A DNA stretch of 20,000 nucleotides, from IMG/VR virus record IMGVR_UViG_3300017747_000864. The stretch is one strand, 5' to 3'. Shown here piece after piece: positions 16,200 to 20,000 of this stretch. Position 1 is the stretch's first letter. Every line of letters begins with the position of its first letter. A program made the translations under genes and the position numbers. The notes beneath the pieces were generated by a model. It had not been told where the DNA came from and did no database searches. It saw only the letters and a program-made list of their open reading frames with translations. The stretch comes from an uncultured virus (IMG/VR IMGVR_UViG_3300017747_000864) (taxonomy: Duplodnaviria; Heunggongvirae; Uroviricota; Caudoviricetes).

Positions 16200-16454
16200 T
16201 CAGCAGTTCCACGCCCTAAGCGATTTATTGATACGAGAGTTGGGATCGTTAGCCGTTTTGGCGCTCGTGAGCTTCTTCTTCGCCCCTTCCATCCGGGCAC
16301 AGAAGGAATCGCGTCGTGGGCCACCTTCAGGCTGCGGGGCTTTAAGCCCCGGTTTACCGGGGTTCGCGGCGTTATAAGAAGCGCGGCCTTTAGCGTTCAA
16401 ACCGCCCTTGGGGTTCTTGCCTTCCTTGCGAGTCCAAGCGGGGGTCTTTGCCAT
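16200..16454 (-). CDS. Small basic protein, DUF6321-like (84 aa)
   Basis: TPAWTRKEGKNPKGGLNAKGRASY...RRDSFCARM...SLRAWNC (family recalled). Confidence 0.75.
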   Translation of the reverse strand: MAKTPAWTRKEGKNPKGGLNAKGRASYNAANPGKPGLKAPQPEGGPRRDSFCARMEGAKKKLTSAKTANDPNSRINKSLRAWNC

Positions 16455-16459
16455 GACGT

Positions 16460-17254
16460 TTAGTCATCAAATAGGTAGATCGGATTGCCGCCTACAACTA
16501 GTGTCCCAGTATAAATGCCACCGGGCCCGTAAACAACCCCCTGACGAACGTCAGCAGGGTTCGGGAAAAGCGTTGTCGGGAAGAGGTCGGCAGCTTGTCC
16601 AGCGATTAAGTAGCTGCCTGAGTTAGCGCTTAGCGAAAGCCCGCGAAGAAGCTCTGCTACCTGACCGCTTATATCATAAGCGCCCGCATCCGCCGAGACA
16701 TTTTTAGCCTTAGTAAGGCTAGCGTCTTGGCCCAGAACGATGTACGAACCTGCGGCGAGTGAAAGCGCTCGGGTAGCGGAGAGATCCGCGCTCTGCCCGT
16801 TAATGTCGTAAGCGCCAGCATCAAGCCCAAGGACTCGGGCAGCGGTAAGAGACGCCGCTTGACCGGACAGGTTGTATGCGCCTACTTCAGCGTTAAACAG
16901 CAGAGTACGAACAAACTCCGCAACTTGCCCGGAGATACTATAAGAGCCCGCCGCCGCATTAAGCGTCCGGTCAACCGTATAGATTAACTCTGCATTCTGA
17001 CCGGCAACCGAATAAGAGCCAGCGCCAGCGGAAACAACCGCCGTGCGGGTGAGGGTAGCCGCCTGACCAGTAAGGGAATAACTGCCAACTTCCGCATTTA
17101 AAGTAAAAGCGTTAGCAGTGCCCCAGAACCACTGCCCTTGTACTGTTGCTTCTGTCGGGTCTGGGTCGGCGTACTGAATGACCTGCCGCAGCGCAAGGCT
17201 CGGCTGCTTGTATAGCAGCGTCGAGTTAAACGGCGGCCTGCCGCGCCCGCTCAC
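16460..17254 (-). CDS. Repeat-containing putative virion fibre/decoration protein (264 aa)
   Basis: Eight ~22-aa repeats (xAxxG[SA]YxxxGQxAxL); C-terminal PADVRQGVVYG...YTGTL motif. Confidence 0.75.
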   Translation of the reverse strand: MSGRGRPPFNSTLLYKQPSLALRQVIQYADPDPTEATVQGQWFWGTANAFTLNAEVGSYSLTGQAATLTRTAVVSAGAGSYSVAGQNAELIYTVDRTLNAAAGSYSISGQVAEFVRTLLFNAEVGAYNLSGQAASLTAARVLGLDAGAYDINGQSADLSATRALSLAAGSYIVLGQDASLTKAKNVSADAGAYDISGQVAELLRGLSLSANSGSYLIAGQAADLFPTTLFPNPADVRQGVVYGPGGIYTGTLVVGGNPIYLFDD

Positions 17255-17257
17255 GAC

Positions 17258-18091
17258 TTACCCCTGCGTGTACTGAACTAGAATTGGGCCACCGTCTGTT
17301 GCCCCGTTGGTAGCCATCACAGACACATTCTGAGGAACGCTATCGTTCCACAGTTGCGGCATCGCAAGTGTCAGAGCGTCATCGGCGCAATAGTTTGCGG
17401 GAGCAGAAGCAGCGTTAATCATTGCAATCGGGCGATATGCAACTAAATGCAGCACACCAGCAGTTCCCCACGATACCGAGAAAGTAACCGACTGCACCGA
17501 ACGAACCCCGGTATCTCCGGCGGCTAACCCGATGGGAAACCAATGGCCTGCTGGTGCGCTGGTGCGGGCGGAAAGAATACCTACACCGGTGCGACCAGAA
17601 GTCCCCGTGCTGTTGGTGTATGAAACAGTGATTGTCGGGCCACCCGTGCCCATGTTCGCGCTGATCTCAATGGCAAGGTACACACCCTCGCCGTTAGTCG
17701 ATCCGTTTAGATCCCGCGCAGGCCATGCCACGCTGTCGACAGTCTGTGCAGTGGTCAGTGTGCGGTCTAGTCCCGAGTTGTGCCACAGCCGATCAACGAT
17801 CATCAGCGTTCGTTGGGATGCATTCGCGGTGTCAGCAAAAAATTGTCGCCGCAACCCTGCAAGATAAGTATTCCCGCTCAGTGGATTGGTGAACGGAATT
17901 TGTCCGGAGTAAGCAGTCAGCGCCGCTCCAGCAACGCCGGGAGTAGGTGCAGTGGCGGCAGGCGGGTAACCTGCTGTGTAAAACGATGTGATCCACTGAT
18001 TGGTACCGTTAGCACTATTGCTAGCGGTCTTGGCCAAGATATTGGGGTAAGTTAAACCTGCTTCAACGCCAGCGAGTGTTGTAATCGCCAT
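17258..18091 (-). CDS. Beta-rich putative virion protein, paralogue 3 (277 aa)
   Basis: Shares DRLWHNSG, YTNS, GDxGVRSVQS, LVAYR and terminal TQG with the two upstream genes. Confidence 0.85.
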   Translation of the reverse strand: MAITTLAGVEAGLTYPNILAKTASNSANGTNQWITSFYTAGYPPAATAPTPGVAGAALTAYSGQIPFTNPLSGNTYLAGLRRQFFADTANASQRTLMIVDRLWHNSGLDRTLTTAQTVDSVAWPARDLNGSTNGEGVYLAIEISANMGTGGPTITVSYTNSTGTSGRTGVGILSARTSAPAGHWFPIGLAAGDTGVRSVQSVTFSVSWGTAGVLHLVAYRPIAMINAASAPANYCADDALTLAMPQLWNDSVPQNVSVMATNGATDGGPILVQYTQG

Positions 18092-18094
18092 CGC

Positions 18095-18901
18095 TCACCC
18101 CTGCGTCACAGTCATCGAGCCTTGCAAGGATGTCGATTGGGTTCCAGAGGGGACAAAAAGCAGAAACGGCACGGTGTTGTTGAACATCTGAGGCATCCCA
18201 CCCGTTACCGCATCAACCGCCGTCGAAATGCCGCCTGCACCAATTTGAATGACAGATAAAACACGGTAAGCGACCAAATGGATTGTGCCGCTTATCCAAG
18301 AGGCGCTAAGCGTAATTGACTGAACCGAACGAACACCCTTGTCTCCCGCTTGCAGACCAATGGAGTAAAAAGCGCCTACGGGCGAGGGTGCAGTAGTGCC
18401 AGTGATATTTGCGCCAGTCTTTGACGGCGCGCCCGCGCTATTTGTGTATGTCACGGTAATCGTTGGGTTGGCAGAGCCTGTGGCAGCAGACACTTCAACC
18501 CCAAGCAAGACGCCTGCGCCGTTGGTCGTGCCGTTCTCATCCCGCGCCGGGAAAGTCGCTGAGTTAACGGTCTGCGATGCAGTTGAAGTGATGGTGATTC
18601 CGCTGTTATGCCACAGACGATCAACTAACATTATCTGACCAGCCTGACCAGACGAAAGTCCCACGAAGCGGGCGAGATACGAAGTACCGCTCCCCGGATT
18701 ACTAAACGGTATTTGCCCTGCGTAAGTAGTAAGCGCCTCGCCTGCCAGCCCCGGAGTCGGTGCAACAGCAGCGCCGGGAATACCTGCTGCGTAAAACGGC
18801 GTGTAGAGTCTGCCTCCAACCAACGTCCCTGACAACGCCTTATAGAAGAACTGTGGAGGTTTGCACCCGGCAATAACACCATCAAGGGTTGTGATTGTCA
18901 T
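18095..18901 (-). CDS. Beta-rich putative virion protein, paralogue 2 (268 aa)
   Basis: Same conserved motifs; N-terminus ITTLDGVIAGCKPPQFFYKA identical to paralogue 1. Confidence 0.85.
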   Translation of the reverse strand: MTITTLDGVIAGCKPPQFFYKALSGTLVGGRLYTPFYAAGIPGAAVAPTPGLAGEALTTYAGQIPFSNPGSGTSYLARFVGLSSGQAGQIMLVDRLWHNSGITITSTASQTVNSATFPARDENGTTNGAGVLLGVEVSAATGSANPTITVTYTNSAGAPSKTGANITGTTAPSPVGAFYSIGLQAGDKGVRSVQSITLSASWISGTIHLVAYRVLSVIQIGAGGISTAVDAVTGGMPQMFNNTVPFLLFVPSGTQSTSLQGSMTVTQG

Positions 18902-19675
18902 TTTCTATCCCTGCGTGACGGTCATTACGCCTTGAATGGTCGTGGTGCCAGATACCATGAAAGCAATAAACGGGACGGTGTTGTCGAACAATTGAACCAT
19001 CCCATTAGTCGTTACATCGTTCGCGGTCGGAATCCCACCCACCCCAATTTGGCTTGTCGATAACACCCGATAAGCCACCAAATTCATTACCCCGCCACCC
19101 CAACTCCCGGTGAACTGAATCGACTGAACAGACCGAACGCCCTTATCCCCGGATTCTAGGCTAATCCGGTGAAATTCTGTTTGGACTGAAACAGCCGACG
19201 TTCCAATAATATTTTGTCCCGTTCTTGACCCAACACCATCGCTATTCGTGTACGTCACAGTGATTGTTGGGTTAGTAGTGGCGGGGGTATTAGTGACCTC
19301 AAGCGCGAGCAAAACACCGACGCCATCGCTAGTTCCATTTTGATCCCTTGCGGGGAAGGCCACCGAGTTGATGGTTTGAACACTAGTTGAGAAAGGGCCT
19401 ATGCCGCTGTTGTGCCACAACCTGTCCAGCAACATGGCCTGACCGCTTGAAGCAGAAAGAGAGCACGCGAACCTAGCCAGATACGACAGTTGACCCGCCG
19501 TGGGATTCGTAAAAGGGATTTGGCCGGGATAGCTGGTCAGGGCCACTCCAGACAAGCCCGGAGTTGGAGCAGAAGCCGCGCCGGGTACGCCTGCGGCGTA
19601 GAACGCTGAAAATGTTCTCCCGGCGGAGTTTATCCCGGCGGGGGCTTTATAGAAGAACTGTGGAGGTTTGCACCC
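18840..19675. repeat. Exact 29-bp direct repeat (18840-18868 and 19647-19675)
   Basis: ttatagaagaactgtggaggtttgcaccc occurs in the 5' part of paralogues 1 and 2. Confidence 0.9.
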
Positions 19676-19708
19676 TGCAATGACGCCATCGAGAGTGGTA
19701 ATCGCCAT
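18905..19708 (-). CDS. Beta-rich putative virion protein, paralogue 1 (267 aa)
   Basis: Same conserved motifs; GGAGG SD upstream; abuts the upstream stop. Confidence 0.85.
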   Translation of the reverse strand: MAITTLDGVIAGCKPPQFFYKAPAGINSAGRTFSAFYAAGVPGAASAPTPGLSGVALTSYPGQIPFTNPTAGQLSYLARFACSLSASSGQAMLLDRLWHNSGIGPFSTSVQTINSVAFPARDQNGTSDGVGVLLALEVTNTPATTNPTITVTYTNSDGVGSRTGQNIIGTSAVSVQTEFHRISLESGDKGVRSVQSIQFTGSWGGGVMNLVAYRVLSTSQIGVGGIPTANDVTTNGMVQLFDNTVPFIAFMVSGTTTIQGVMTVTQG

Positions 19709-19999
19709 TTACACCGCCTCCAAGTACATTGGCGCGAACGACGCCCCGCCTTCAATCGTCAATGCAGGATCTGTCGGGTCAATGCCGATCAGCGCGTAAG
19801 TCTCAGGATAGGCAGCAGTGAACGGTTCAAGCACCCGCACCGTCTGTCCCAAGTGCCAGCCATTCCACGCTGCTGTGGTACCAAGAATCTCATCCGCACG
19901 CTGTTGAGTGATCAACTGCTTGACGACAAAAGACTCAACCCCTTGAATCGTTCTAGGGTCTGTCGTTTCGATAGGGTTGTCAGCATTGTTGAACCTAAA
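19709..19999 (-). CDS. Hypothetical protein, 5' end outside the window
   Basis: The frame stays open upstream of the TTG at 19915 to the window edge (FRFNNADNPIETTDPRTIQGVESFVVKQLITQQRADEIL...), so the 68-aa call is truncated. Confidence 0.7.
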   Translation of the reverse strand, partial: FRFNNADNPIETTDPRTIQGVESFVVKQLITQQRADEILGTTAAWNGWHLGQTVRVLEPFTAAYPETYALIGIDPTDPALTIEGGASFAPMYLEAV

Positions 20000-20000
20000 C

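Noticed and set aside
15956..16324. 122-aa version of the membrane coiled-coil ORF
   Set aside because: The extension overlaps the DUF6321-like gene out of frame; ATG 16198 right after that gene's stop is the more plausible start.
20..18638. Numerous plus-strand ORFs in the track (e.g. 464..1075, 10863..11546, 11941..12699, 13698..14390)
   Set aside because: They lie antisense to well-supported, tightly coupled minus-strand genes and show no recognisable motifs; they are shadow ORFs.
17258..19708. Diversity-generating retroelement or invertible shufflon explaining the paralogues
   Set aside because: No reverse transcriptase or recombinase in the window, no adenine-specific TR/VR pair and no inverted repeats seen; all copies are intact and co-oriented.

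Overview
This 20 kb window is a segment of a tailed bacteriophage genome, most likely podovirus-like and of the type common among uncultured aquatic phages (inference). All credible genes are on the minus strand, tightly packed and often translationally coupled, forming one late/virion operon. In transcription order (right to left) it holds: a partial gene; three tandem ~270-aa paralogues; a 22-aa-repeat protein; a cluster of small basic proteins interrupted by an endonuclease VII-type HNH gene; adaptor/tail-like structural genes; a 960-aa hierarchically repetitive acidic protein; a tail fibre with a peptidase S74 chaperone plus two accessory genes; a four-gene lysis block with a GH19 endolysin; a tail tubular/gp10-like protein; a C1q-like protein; and a partial putative ejection protein. 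No capsid, portal, terminase, RNA gene or CRISPR array was recognised. The ORF track misses two genes (1..1071 partial and 12878..13030) and misplaces several starts. The most interesting signals are: (1) a recurring [M/F/Y]-x-x-G-G motif shared by the small basic proteins and the ejection-like protein, a candidate packaging or maturation-cleavage tag; (2) an HNH gene whose 3' end mimics the 3' end of the gene upstream of it; (3) the triplicated TQG-ending cassette; and (4) modules shared between otherwise unrelated structural proteins. All family assignments are from recalled motifs, not database searches.
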